Shown here one piece after another: positions 36,109 through 45,877 of a DNA stretch of 64,000 nucleotides. The position numbers and the translations under genes are program-made. Within the stretch, counting starts at the first letter, position 1. Each line of letters begins with the position of its first letter. The notes beneath the pieces were generated by a model. That model searched no databases. It saw nothing but the letters and a program-made list of their open reading frames with translations, and was not told the origin of the DNA. This stretch comes from Planctomycetota bacterium (GTDB lineage Bacteria; Planctomycetota; Planctomycetia; Isosphaerales; Isosphaeraceae). The DNA lies in the NCBI GenBank assembly GCA_028291545.1, contig JAQGHR010000040.1, forward strand, positions 96,589-160,588. Reading direction: 5' to 3'.

Positions 36109-37306
36109 CCTCGATCGGGTCGAGCGCGACGGGAACCTCGGCTTCGGGATCGACGATCCTCAGCGCTCGTCGTCCCGTCAACACATCGAGCAAGGTCTGC
36201 CCGCAGACCTCACCTCGCCAGCCACTCAGCAGTGCCGGCCGTCGCGCTTCCGGACGTCCGGAGACGTGCCAGCGAATCAAGTCCTTGAGATCCGCGCTCG
36301 AACCGACCAGGCTGGTCGCGACCTTTTTCTGGGTCGCGCACTGGTTCAAGGTCGCATTCATCAGGCTCACGACCATCGCCAGTCCCGGTCCGTCCTCGTG
36401 GCGTTCGGCGTGCTCCGGAAGATCCTCGGGCGAGACGTTCTGGGCGTCGGCAATCAAGGTCAAGATCTCGTTCGATCTCGCGAGCAAGTGCGGTCGGTTG
36501 AAATCGCGTAGCGCTTCCAGGTCACGACGACTGGCCGGCTGCCTCTTGGCGATGGCGACCAGAAGGTCGTCACGCAAGACCTGCCTGAGCGGCCGGTTCG
36601 CCCGTCGTGAGTCATCTCGCCGCCATTCCGAGAGCCTTCGAGCCACTTCCAGTCCACGGCGGCTCAGTTGCTGTAAACCGGAGAGCCGTCGCCACCGGTC
36701 CTCGTCATCGCGGGCTCGAACTGACTCGATCAGCGATCGATACTCGATCTCCGCCCACTCGCGCCGATCAAGAGCGTCCAATCTCGCATTCAGGGTGTCG
36801 GCAACCTCTAGCAGGTAGGCCACGTCGTCGAGGGCATAGCGAACCTGCCCGGCGCTGAGCGGCCGTCGCCTCCAATCGGTGCGTGTCTCTCCGCCCGCCA
36901 ACGAGACACCGAGCGTCTGGGAGACGAGGTTGCCGAGCGACAACGGGTAGCCGAAGCCGACGAGGGCCGCGGCGACCTGGACATCGACCACTCTCTCGGG
37001 CAGGCGGCCCGACCGGATTCGACCGATGCGAAGATCCTCGCCCGCGGCATGCATCACGACTTCGATCTCGGGATCGTTTACCACGTCCCAGAACGCGGTC
37101 AGATCACCGACAGCGAGCGGATCGACGACCACATGACGCTCGCGGGTCGCGACCTGGATCAGGCAGAGGACGGGCTCAAAAGTGTCCTCGGAGACAAATT
37201 CGGTATCAAATGCGAATCGCGCCGAGTCCCGAAGGTGCGCGACAAGTCGCTCCAGATCGCTGGCATTCGTGACGAGTGGTTCCGCCGGAGCTTCAGCCAT
37301 GGCCAA
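36083..37306 (-). CDS. rnd: Ribonuclease D (DEDD 3'-5' exonuclease + HRDC).
   Basis: FAFDTEFVSE (Exo I), MHAAGEDL (Exo II), YALDDVAYL (Exo III). HRDC-like C-terminal part. Confidence 0.85.
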   Translation of the reverse strand: MAMAEAPAEPLVTNASDLERLVAHLRDSARFAFDTEFVSEDTFEPVLCLIQVATRERHVVVDPLAVGDLTAFWDVVNDPEIEVVMHAAGEDLRIGRIRSGRLPERVVDVQVAAALVGFGYPLSLGNLVSQTLGVSLAGGETRTDWRRRPLSAGQVRYALDDVAYLLEVADTLNARLDALDRREWAEIEYRSLIESVRARDDEDRWRRLSGLQQLSRRGLEVARRLSEWRRDDSRRANRPLRQVLRDDLLVAIAKRQPASRRDLEALRDFNRPHLLARSNEILTLIADAQNVSPEDLPEHAERHEDGPGLAMVVSLMNATLNQCATQKKVATSLVGSSADLKDLIRWHVSGRPEARRPALLSGWRGEVCGQTLLDVLTGRRALRIVDPEAEVPVALDPIEDEDDATNS

Positions 37307-37970
37307 CCTGCGCGCGCCGCGCCCCGCACACTCTCCTCCTCCCGTAACGAGGCAAAGCGAGGGGCTCGTCCGTGATTATCGACGCTCGCTCGATGATGAG
37401 CAAGGGTGCCCCCAAACCGTCCGAACGCTTCTTTCGAAGATCTGTGACGCACTCACGGACAGGATCATGGGGGCTTCGCGATTCGCGAGCAGACGTCCGG
37501 CGAATTCGGCTGATTGATCCTCGCGAATCCGGAATCCTCCCTTCCGGGTCGCCATTGAGAGGCGGTCCGGATTGTGGTTTGGCCCCGAAGTGGCATGGAA
37601 GAACCGTCGAGAACGCCTCGGAGAAGCGATCCGGACGGGTGCCGTTCAGCCCGGAATGGGCTGGAGAGATCCGGCCGATTCGGGCTCGGAAATCGTCTGC
37701 TGGATAGCTCGTGAGAATCGGGCCGCATCGGCGGATTCCGCGATTAATCTTTACGACATTTGCGATGATCATCCTGACGTCTGAGATCTTGATTCCCGTT
37801 CGCCGGCGAGACCTAGCTGAAGAGGAGTTTCGATTCCACTCAGGGGATTTTTATTCCATCGCCGGGCGCCGAGGTGCGAGCGAGCGGAGATCCGAGACGG
37901 ACGGAAAAAAACACAGGTTTAGTCACAAAACATTCTAATTAGACCAAATAATCATCCAATTTCCGTCCGC

Positions 37971-38981
37971 TCAAGGCATGGACGCGCTCAGGAACGCGTC
38001 AATTTCGTCGAGGAGATTCCTGCCCCCGACCATCAGGCCAAACCCGTGACTCGCCCCCGGGATGATCTCCAACCGGTTGGGGACGCCGACGGAAGAAAGC
38101 TTGTCGGCTAGCCCGGTCGATTGGGACACATTCACGAGCCAGTCCCTGGAACCGTGGACGATCAGGAATGGGGGATCGGTCGCCGCGACGTGACTGGACG
38201 GCGATGCGGAGGCGTACCGACCCGGTGCTTGCTCCGGGCTGGCTCCGAGAAATTGACGGATCGGCCCCGAGGCCCCCGCACTCCTCGCGTCGAGCGCGGA
38301 GAGATCCGTGGGACCATAGAAATCGACGACGGCCTGCACGCGAGCAGAGACAACCTGCGCGCTCGAAGTCCCGACGGCCGGCCCATCGGGATTCACGGCT
38401 CCGTCCGGGTAGGTGCCGAGGAGCGCCGCGAGATGCCCACCGGCGGATTCACCCATCGCGGCGATCCGATTCGGATCGGCCCCAAGCTCCGTCGCATGGG
38501 ACCGAACCCAACGGACGCTGTCGCGCACATCCTCGAAATTGGTCGGCCAGCTCGGCGATCGCGGGGCCGACAGCCGATAATTCGGAGCCACCACGATGTA
38601 TCCGAGCTTCGCGAATGGGGCCACAATCGGCTCGTATTCTTCCTTGCTGAACTTCCGCCACCCACCCCCGTGGATCGCCACGATTACTGGTCGTCCGCCT
38701 GCTGGGGCCGGTCCGGCGGGAAGGTAGACGTCCAGCTTCTGGCGATCCCCCGCAACGTCGCGGTAGGTCACATTTTTTTCGACTCGCACCGATCGCTCGG
38801 TCAGCGAATGCGACCGCTCAACATGGCTCGCCCACCCGTGGTGCTGACCTTCGCCGGCCCGATGTGGCGCGCCGCGTCCCGAAATGGATGACAACAACGC
38901 GCGATTTTCCAACGCCTGCGGAGACGCCGGTATGAACGGACGACGGCGATCCAGTCGTCTTGGCGGTCGCGGCAGGCTCAT
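37971..38981 (-). CDS. Secreted alpha/beta hydrolase (esterase/lipase-like).
   Basis: VAIHGGGW oxyanion motif, nucleophile elbow GESAGGH. N-terminal basic stretch followed by ALENRALLSS. Confidence 0.85.
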   Translation of the reverse strand: MSLPRPPRRLDRRRPFIPASPQALENRALLSSISGRGAPHRAGEGQHHGWASHVERSHSLTERSVRVEKNVTYRDVAGDRQKLDVYLPAGPAPAGGRPVIVAIHGGGWRKFSKEEYEPIVAPFAKLGYIVVAPNYRLSAPRSPSWPTNFEDVRDSVRWVRSHATELGADPNRIAAMGESAGGHLAALLGTYPDGAVNPDGPAVGTSSAQVVSARVQAVVDFYGPTDLSALDARSAGASGPIRQFLGASPEQAPGRYASASPSSHVAATDPPFLIVHGSRDWLVNVSQSTGLADKLSSVGVPNRLEIIPGASHGFGLMVGGRNLLDEIDAFLSASMP

Positions 38982-39167
38982 ATTTGACCGTCCCCGATCC
39001 GATCTCGCCGGTCGTCCCGGTTGGGTGGACCTGGTTCGCTGAAAACAGTCTCAGGCGTGTGCCAAGACGCCTGAACTCTGCCTCCCGGCGGCACGGAGTC
39101 AACTGGTGGGCCGTCCAGCGGCGTAATTACCCCCGCTAGAGTCCGAGGGGATTCCTCGCACAACACC

Positions 39168-42100
39168 TCACGGACCGTAGAGAACATATCCGGCCCAATG
39201 AACGGGATCACGGAATTTCGGGTCGCGAGCCACGGCGGCTCGGGCGTCCGAGAAGGCCGTCATCGCGGAGGTTCCCGAGGCAAGGGACGCGTAGAACGCG
39301 AGGAAGAAGCGTTGCGCGGACTCGGCGGGAGGCTCCCAGAGCGTGAGCAGCACCGATTCGGACCCGGTCAATAACCCCGCGCGGGCCATCGCGAGAAGCC
39401 CGTCGCCCGTCGTCCCGTGGCGATCGGAAATCGACAGGACGAGCACCCGCGCTCGCAGGGGGATCTCGCTCAACTCCTGAGCGGAGAGCCGGCCGTCGTC
39501 GTGCGACGGCGACGCACCTGCCGTCAGGCAGAGTTCCGGCTCGCCGGAACCGGAGGCGATCGCTTCAAACACGGCCCTCGACGACAGGTGGATGGCGGCG
39601 TAACTTGACAGGCGATCAACCTTGAGGCGATCGGCACGAGCCGCACTCCCGCGCCAGAGTTGTGCGGACCAGGGCGGTGCCCGAAGGACGGCGAGGAGCG
39701 GCTCCGACCGAGGACTTCCGTCCGGATCCACGAACAGCAACCTGCGATCGGACGGCCGATCGGGGCGTTGATCGTCTCGCATTGCTGCGAGGAACGAGGC
39801 CGCCGGCAAATAGCTCACGGCTCGTCCCTCCAGGAGCCGCGAGCCTCGACCCAGGATTTCGATCGGCATCCCCGCCGAGGCAGGGCTCGGCACCAGGAAC
39901 AGCCGGGTCACGCCGGCCAATTCCGCCTGAAACGGCAGGATCAACGCGTCATGAAGCCTCGCCTCGTGCGAGCCGTTCGAGGACTTCGTCGTGGCGGATA
40001 GAAGCAGATCGGGCTCTGCGCCGAGGCTCAAGATCGCCCCCGGGGTCGTCGGTGAGCGTGGGGAAAGGGGTCGTCCGCCGTCGCCGAGCGCCGAGCGCCA
40101 GGATTGCACGGTGCGGACCAATTCCGATCGACGCATCGGCAATCGCTTCGCTGACAGCACGCCCGTGCTTTTCACGATCACGCCCAGCATCGACTCGGGT
40201 CCAACCTCCGCGAAGACCAGGATCGCCTCGCCTTCGGCCAGCTTCAGGGCACTTACGTCCATCGCGGTCGTTGGGTCATGGATGGCAAAGACCCGATCGT
40301 GTCCCGCCAGGGCCGATTGGAGGCGTCTCAGCTCAACCTCGGCCGCCTCCGCCTCGGCTCCCCCGCTGGTCGTTCCTTGCCGTTCCAGTTTCGCCCGCGC
40401 TTCTCGGAGTGCCTCCGCCTGCATGAACTCGGCGGCGGATAGCCCGAGTGCGGAAATGCCCGTCCGGCCATCGGCGTGAACCTCGGCGGGTCGCATCGCC
40501 GAGAGGGCTTCGATCGCGGCGAGTGTCTTCTCGGGTTGCGTCCCCGCAAATTCGCACCGAGCCAGGCCTCGCAAGGCGCGGGCCGATGCGTCGAGGATCG
40601 GACGCGACGCCCGGCGAAGTCGATCGATCCCATTGAGCGGGCGCAGCTTCCTCACCACGGAGGAATGCAGTGACGCCGCTTCCGCGTGGCGCCCCAGGCT
40701 CTCCAGGATCTCCGCCCGAGCCAGTTCGGCCTCGATCGCCAGGTCTTCCCGGTCCCCGTTCCGAGGTCCTCCCACGGCAACGGCCAGGTCCGCGGCCTCT
40801 CGCGCCGATGGGCTCCGATTCGGGTCACGCAGAGAGAACAACACGTCCAGTTGAGCCGCGTACAAATCCTTCTGCGACGACCCGGCTGGCGGTTCGTTCG
40901 GGAGACCGGCGGAACGGCGACAGATCGCCCTGCGAAGCGCCCCTACCGGGTCCGTGACGGCCATTCGTTGCAGCGTTACCGCAGCCTCGGCCCACCGCCC
41001 GAGCGCAGCCAACGAAGAGGCCCGGCCCAGGGCGGTCTCTCGTTGCAGAGACGGACGCTCGTCGTCTGACAGCCTCTGGAGCAGGCGACCGTCGATGGCT
41101 TCCGCACCCGCCCAGTCCCCTCTGGCGTAGGCGAGGGCGGACGCGACCCGATCCAGCTCGACCACATGGCCGAGGACCGTATCGATCCGGGCCGCTTCCT
41201 CCACTCCGGTGAAAATCCGCTGCGCGGACCGGCGATCGCCTCGATCCAGGAAGACCCAGGCCAGGGCGGCATCGCACAGGATCGCCTGCCGCTCCAGGGA
41301 CCGCGCACACTGTCGATAGAGCCTCGCGGCCCTCGTCAATGCGGCCATCGCCTCCGCCGATGACTTCCGATCGTCGCGGCCGACCACGCGCTCGAAGGGC
41401 CGGCTCAACATCAGGCCTCGCCAGAATTCCATGTCGGCCTCGCGATCCGTCAAACCTTCACGCGAGAACGCCGAGCGGGCCACCTCCAGCTTGCGGATGA
41501 TCCTCGTGCTTGACTCACCGCCCGCCTGTTCGATCGCGGCCTCCATCGCCAGGATCTCGCCGAGATCGGCCGGAGAGAGCGTTGGATGCTCCGCCATTTT
41601 CCCGAGCTCGACCGCCAGGCCCGCCATGCCTTCGCGCCGGGACTTTTCCCAGATCGAATCGAGGCGCGTCTGAATCTTGGGGGTCGCATTCGGACGTGCC
41701 CCGGGCCTCGGACGCGCGAATCGCAACTCGGGGCGGAACGCCCATTCCGGCGTTTCGTCCAGACAGATCGGCGAGCCTCGGCGCCCGATCGTGTCTCGCT
41801 CGATGATCTCGACGCGCCCCGACCCATCCCCTACCGCAAGGCGGGCGCTCACCGGGTCGACGGCGACGACGACCATTCCTTGATGACCGGTTTCCTCGCG
41901 GACATCATCCAGGCGTAACGCTCCCGAGACCGAGGCCGGGATCATGAGCAACGAACGATCCGATCCGACCACGACCCAGGGATTCTCGCCGCAGAATGCG
42001 AGGGAGGAGGACGCGGACGGCAGGCGGAATCGTCGCGATGGCCCCTTCCCATCAAGCGGCTGGACCTCGATGGAGGGACCGTCGACAAGTCGAGCCAGGC

Positions 42101-42836
42101 GTTGCCCATCGGCGGAGATCGCCAGGTCACGCGCCGAGCCGGAGCGTCGTGCTTTCCCGATCCCATCGGCGCGCACGGTCCATGTCGAGCCGTCGTCGTG
42201 GGTCGCCAATACCGTGCTGGGATCGGGCAGGAGGCCGAGCCGCGTGACGGCCGATCGCGATCCGCTCGCGACCTCGGTAAAGGCGCGCTCCAACCGGTCC
42301 TCCCCGACGAGTCGAAACCGCCCCACGCTCCCGTCCGTCCGGCCCACGAAGAGGTCGGTCTGCCCCGAAAGCCCACGAGTGACGGCAAGCGCCGAGACGG
42401 GCCCGCAATTTACTCTCGCGATCGGCCGTGCGGGGTCCGTCGCGGTGTTCCACAGACACAAGCCCGACAGGTCCCCGGTCGCCGCTCGATGGTGCCCGAG
42501 GATCGCGAGAGCCCGGACCGGCGGCGTCTCCGGCGGAGCCCCAACGCGCCGCGACGCCATTCCTGGCTCCATCTGATACACGAAAAACCGACCGTCGGTA
42601 TGCCGCACCCCGACGCGACGAGGCGCGGAGGTTCCCCCCCAGGCAATCGCGGAGACTCCCGAAACCGTGCCGTCGGGCGGGAGGAGTGCGAGAGCATGGA
42701 CAGCCGCAACGGACGATTTAGCCTTGGCGGCAATTGGCATCGTCTGCGGCGACGGAGCGTGCGATCCCCCGCAGCCGTAGGCGGAGAGGAAAGCGATCCA
42801 GACCACACCGCGACATCCTTGCCGCCGAGGAATCAT
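39168..42836 (-). CDS. Large CHAT-domain protein with a beta-propeller-like N-terminus and TPR-like middle. The catalytic His and Cys positions appear substituted.
   Basis: Lipoprotein-like leader ...FLSAYGC. The C-terminal ~250 aa align by eye to the CHAT consensus (…LLTLWEPPAESAQRFFLAFY…HWAGYVLYGP), but read AIHLSSRAVF and VLVLSISDRHG at the catalytic sites. Confidence 0.85.
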   Translation of the reverse strand: MIPRRQGCRGVVWIAFLSAYGCGGSHAPSPQTMPIAAKAKSSVAAVHALALLPPDGTVSGVSAIAWGGTSAPRRVGVRHTDGRFFVYQMEPGMASRRVGAPPETPPVRALAILGHHRAATGDLSGLCLWNTATDPARPIARVNCGPVSALAVTRGLSGQTDLFVGRTDGSVGRFRLVGEDRLERAFTEVASGSRSAVTRLGLLPDPSTVLATHDDGSTWTVRADGIGKARRSGSARDLAISADGQRLARLVDGPSIEVQPLDGKGPSRRFRLPSASSSLAFCGENPWVVVGSDRSLLMIPASVSGALRLDDVREETGHQGMVVVAVDPVSARLAVGDGSGRVEIIERDTIGRRGSPICLDETPEWAFRPELRFARPRPGARPNATPKIQTRLDSIWEKSRREGMAGLAVELGKMAEHPTLSPADLGEILAMEAAIEQAGGESSTRIIRKLEVARSAFSREGLTDREADMEFWRGLMLSRPFERVVGRDDRKSSAEAMAALTRAARLYRQCARSLERQAILCDAALAWVFLDRGDRRSAQRIFTGVEEAARIDTVLGHVVELDRVASALAYARGDWAGAEAIDGRLLQRLSDDERPSLQRETALGRASSLAALGRWAEAAVTLQRMAVTDPVGALRRAICRRSAGLPNEPPAGSSQKDLYAAQLDVLFSLRDPNRSPSAREAADLAVAVGGPRNGDREDLAIEAELARAEILESLGRHAEAASLHSSVVRKLRPLNGIDRLRRASRPILDASARALRGLARCEFAGTQPEKTLAAIEALSAMRPAEVHADGRTGISALGLSAAEFMQAEALREARAKLERQGTTSGGAEAEAAEVELRRLQSALAGHDRVFAIHDPTTAMDVSALKLAEGEAILVFAEVGPESMLGVIVKSTGVLSAKRLPMRRSELVRTVQSWRSALGDGGRPLSPRSPTTPGAILSLGAEPDLLLSATTKSSNGSHEARLHDALILPFQAELAGVTRLFLVPSPASAGMPIEILGRGSRLLEGRAVSYLPAASFLAAMRDDQRPDRPSDRRLLFVDPDGSPRSEPLLAVLRAPPWSAQLWRGSAARADRLKVDRLSSYAAIHLSSRAVFEAIASGSGEPELCLTAGASPSHDDGRLSAQELSEIPLRARVLVLSISDRHGTTGDGLLAMARAGLLTGSESVLLTLWEPPAESAQRFFLAFYASLASGTSAMTAFSDARAAVARDPKFRDPVHWAGYVLYGP

Positions 42837-43702
42837 GCCAGAGAGCCCAGGAAACGAAGGATCGCGGAGTTCGCCGCCGTCGGATTCTCCATCGGCGCAA
42901 GGTGCCCGGAATCCGGGATCACGACCAGTTCCGCGGACGGCAGCCCGTTCGCCATCGCCCTGGACTCGGCCATGGGGATCAACGCATCGCTCACGCCGGC
43001 GAGGACCATGGTGGGTATCTTGATCCGTCCCAGGTCCGCAGTCCGATCCGGTCTTACCGCCAGACCTCGCAGCGTGCCCGAGACCGCTCGCGCCGGCGTG
43101 CGGGACATGACGCGATGACTTTCTTCGATGAGATCGGGCCGTGCCCGCCGCGTCTCGGCGGCAAAGAGCCGCGGCAACATCGTGGCCACGACCGGCTCGA
43201 CGTCTCCGGTGCGATCGACCTCCCTGGCGAGGTCCTCCCGAACCTGTGCCGTCTCAGGCGCGTCGGCACCGGCGCGGGTATTCATGAGCATGAGCCCGCG
43301 CAGACGCTTGGGAAAGCGCACCGCGATCGATAGCGCGACATAGCCTCCCATCGAGAGCCCGCCGATGACGATCGGTTCGGTGATCCGAAGCGCGTCGAGC
43401 AGCTCGATCACGTCGTTCGCCAGGTCGTCCACGGGATAAATCCCCTCCGGCGCGGCGGACTTGCCGTGTCCCCGAAGGTCGGGCGCGATCACTCGATACA
43501 TGGAGCCGATCGTCCCGAGCTGGGCGTCCCACATGCTATGGTCGAGCAGCAGTCCATGGAGCAGGAGCACAACCGGTCCGGGACCATCGTCTTCAAAGTT
43601 GAGCAGCATGGTCGACGGCTCCACCGAGATAGGTCGCAGCTCCTCGTCGAGGCGCGAAGGGGATTGTATGTCACGTTCCATCAAGGGGTCAATCGTCGTC
43701 AT
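42833..43702 (-). CDS. Alpha/beta hydrolase (3-oxoadipate enol-lactonase-like fold). Its stop overlaps the CHAT gene start.
   Basis: VVLLLHGLLLD, GLSMGGYV (GxSxG). Start at internal ATG 43702. ATGA overlap at 42833-42836. Confidence 0.85.
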   Translation of the reverse strand: MTTIDPLMERDIQSPSRLDEELRPISVEPSTMLLNFEDDGPGPVVLLLHGLLLDHSMWDAQLGTIGSMYRVIAPDLRGHGKSAAPEGIYPVDDLANDVIELLDALRITEPIVIGGLSMGGYVALSIAVRFPKRLRGLMLMNTRAGADAPETAQVREDLAREVDRTGDVEPVVATMLPRLFAAETRRARPDLIEESHRVMSRTPARAVSGTLRGLAVRPDRTADLGRIKIPTMVLAGVSDALIPMAESRAMANGLPSAELVVIPDSGHLAPMENPTAANSAILRFLGSLA

Positions 43703-44001
43703 CGGCGCCCCGCGAGCGCACGCCTCTCGCGTGCGAGTTTCATGCCGAACGTAACGCCAAAGTTGCTGTAGCGATCTTGATCTGTGCGGCCGGGCCTGAT
43801 GCGTCCCGGTCCATCCTGTCCGTCCGCTCAACCGCCCTGACACGATTCCCGGGGCTTGCGAGAACTTCCCGCGTGCGGCATCGTAAGGCAAGTGAACGAT
43901 CCCCAGCTTGCTCCAAATGCAAACGTGAGCTCGGTGCAAGGGCGGGAATCCATCAACATAGTTCCCGATTCACGTTTCCGAGAGAGAAAAAGGGCACCTT
44001 C

Positions 44002-45153
44002 ATGCTATGCACTGCCGTTTTCGCCCTGGCGACTCTCTCGTTCGCCGATGACTTCGACCGGCTCGAAGGCCCCTCGCTTTCCGGCATCCCCAAGCACGCC
44101 GACTCGATGGCGAGGGAGTCGCTCACGATCGTCGAACTCGGGGCCCTGCCGAACATCCTCGCCGGTGCGCGATCGCCGTTTCTCGTCGTGAAAACCGACG
44201 AGGGGAACTACGCGAGGCTCCTGGTCTCGCCCGCGCTGCGAAAGCCGCCGGGAGGGCAGGGGGAGCCGATCCCGATCCTCATCGTCGAGCGATTCGACAC
44301 CTTCGAAGGCAACTCCGCGACCCGTCGTATCGCCAGGGGCCGGGACCTGACCCTGTTCGACGGATTTCGGCTCGACCTCGATTCCGGCCAGGTCGTTCCC
44401 GACGGACAAGGGGGCGATCTCCAGTTCGTCGGCAAAGGCGAATCCGGCGCACGCTTGACGGCGACGAAACCGGCACAGATATTCACGCTTGCCAAGACAC
44501 CTCTGCCCACCTCGGCCGGCGGCTCGAAGCCTTCCGTAGGGCGAACAATCGCACCGGAAGACTTCGCCGGCACCTATCGCCTCTTCGCGAACGGCCAATC
44601 CTCCGGGCGTCTGGAGCTGAAGGTGGGCGAAGGCGGCGGCGTGACGGGACGATTCCGTTCGGACCAGACGGGAGGCGCCTACAAGGTCACCGGCGATGTG
44701 GGCAAGGACTCACCTAACCGCATCCGGTTCAGCGCGGAGTTGCCCCGGACCCGCCAGGAATTCGATGGCCTCCTGTTCTTGGATGGCAAGGGGGCCATCT
44801 CGGGCTCTTATACCTTGCTCGATCGCACGTTCGGATTCTTCGCGGTCCGAGAAGGCGGCACGTATCTTCCCGACGGCGAGGATCTGGGCGGTAAGGGCAT
44901 CGAGGCCGAGAGGCCCGCCAAGGTCGTCGTCGATCTCACGTCCGCCGGCTGTACCCTCGCCGGGAAGAGCCTTGATGATGCGAGACTAGCCACCGCGATG
45001 AAGGCCGCCGTCAATGCCGAGCCCTCGTCTTGGGCGCAGATTCGCGTTGCGAAGGATGTCCCGGCGGGCCGCCTCCTGAAGGTCATTGAGATCCTGACGG
45101 AATCGGGTGCGACCACCATCCGCGTGCTTCCGAGCGAGACGGCCAAGCCTTGA
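44002..45153 (+). CDS. Hypothetical secreted protein with an ExbD/TolR-like C-terminal domain.
   Basis: Signal peptide MLCTAVFALATLSFA. The last ~75 aa (KVVVDLTSAGCTLAGKSLDDARLATAMK...IRVAKDVPAGRLLKVIEILTESGATTIRV) resemble the periplasmic domain of ExbD. Confidence 0.6.
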   Translation: MLCTAVFALATLSFADDFDRLEGPSLSGIPKHADSMARESLTIVELGALPNILAGARSPFLVVKTDEGNYARLLVSPALRKPPGGQGEPIPILIVERFDTFEGNSATRRIARGRDLTLFDGFRLDLDSGQVVPDGQGGDLQFVGKGESGARLTATKPAQIFTLAKTPLPTSAGGSKPSVGRTIAPEDFAGTYRLFANGQSSGRLELKVGEGGGVTGRFRSDQTGGAYKVTGDVGKDSPNRIRFSAELPRTRQEFDGLLFLDGKGAISGSYTLLDRTFGFFAVREGGTYLPDGEDLGGKGIEAERPAKVVVDLTSAGCTLAGKSLDDARLATAMKAAVNAEPSSWAQIRVAKDVPAGRLLKVIEILTESGATTIRVLPSETAKP

Positions 45154-45267
45154 GGCAGAACGCTTCAACTTTCGATCGGAAATGCCGGTTCGCTTGCTTG
45201 CGTCGTGTTCGGGGCACCTGTAGGATCGAACCGCTCCTTTTGTTCCTCGGAATGAGGCGGTTCTTTC

Positions 45268-45720
45268 GTGCCCCGCAACAGGCCCCAATTCGCTGGTCGA
45301 CGACTCAACCGCGCATGGGCGCTGGCGATCGTCCTGGCGCTGGGGATGATCATGCTGGGCGGCCCCGGTCGCGCACAAGCCTCCCCGGGTGCTCCGCATC
45401 ACCATTGTGCCTGCGAAGAGGCATGCCGCGGGGCGTCTTGTTGCTGTGCCAGCCCGGAGCCGAAAGCGCCATCGCCTCCGGTCCGGGCGAACACGCCAAT
45501 AGCCTCCAATCCTTCCGTCCCCTGCCTCGGCGGGCTGCCCTGCGGGGGCGGGGATGCTCCCTCGATTCCTCAGGGGACCTCGGCCCCGAAGGCGGCACTC
45601 TCCGAGAGTGGCCTCCTCTTCGATCTGCCGTCCGGCAAGCTCGGGGAACCGTCCGGAAATCGAGCCATCCCGGCGACCTATTTCGCGCGACTCGACGATC
45701 CCCCCGAAACGACGCGATGA
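45268..45720 (+). CDS. Small membrane-anchored His/Cys-rich hypothetical protein.
   Basis: GTG start with GAGG upstream. TM/signal anchor [35 protein letters not shown] cluster. The other frames here give Arg-rich nonsense. Confidence 0.4.
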   Translation: MPRNRPQFAGRRLNRAWALAIVLALGMIMLGGPGRAQASPGAPHHHCACEEACRGASCCCASPEPKAPSPPVRANTPIASNPSVPCLGGLPCGGGDAPSIPQGTSAPKAALSESGLLFDLPSGKLGEPSGNRAIPATYFARLDDPPETTR

Positions 45721-45877
45721 GCTGACATACTCCGTCCGCCATGCCCACCCGGGGCCTTGCGCCCGGGTCACGCGCCGTCGTCGTATTCGCGTCGATCGAT
45801 CATCATCGCAGCTCGCTGCGTGGAGTCATCTCCGCGTGCGCTGTTCGCGCCTACCTCATTCATCGAGGCTGTATTCC

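Noticed and set aside
37818-37850. tRNA/tmRNA-like T-arm (GGAGTTTCGATTCCACTC).
   Set aside because: The stem around the TTCGATT loop pairs poorly (3 of 5 positions, including one G-U wobble). No acceptor or other arms can be built.
45150-45771. Alternative frames over the His/Cys-rich ORF region (45150-45725 plus, 44986-45771 minus, 45350-45748 minus).
   Set aside because: All give Arg/Gly/Pro-rich products without hydrophobic segments. The 45268 frame is the only protein-like one, and is itself given only low confidence.
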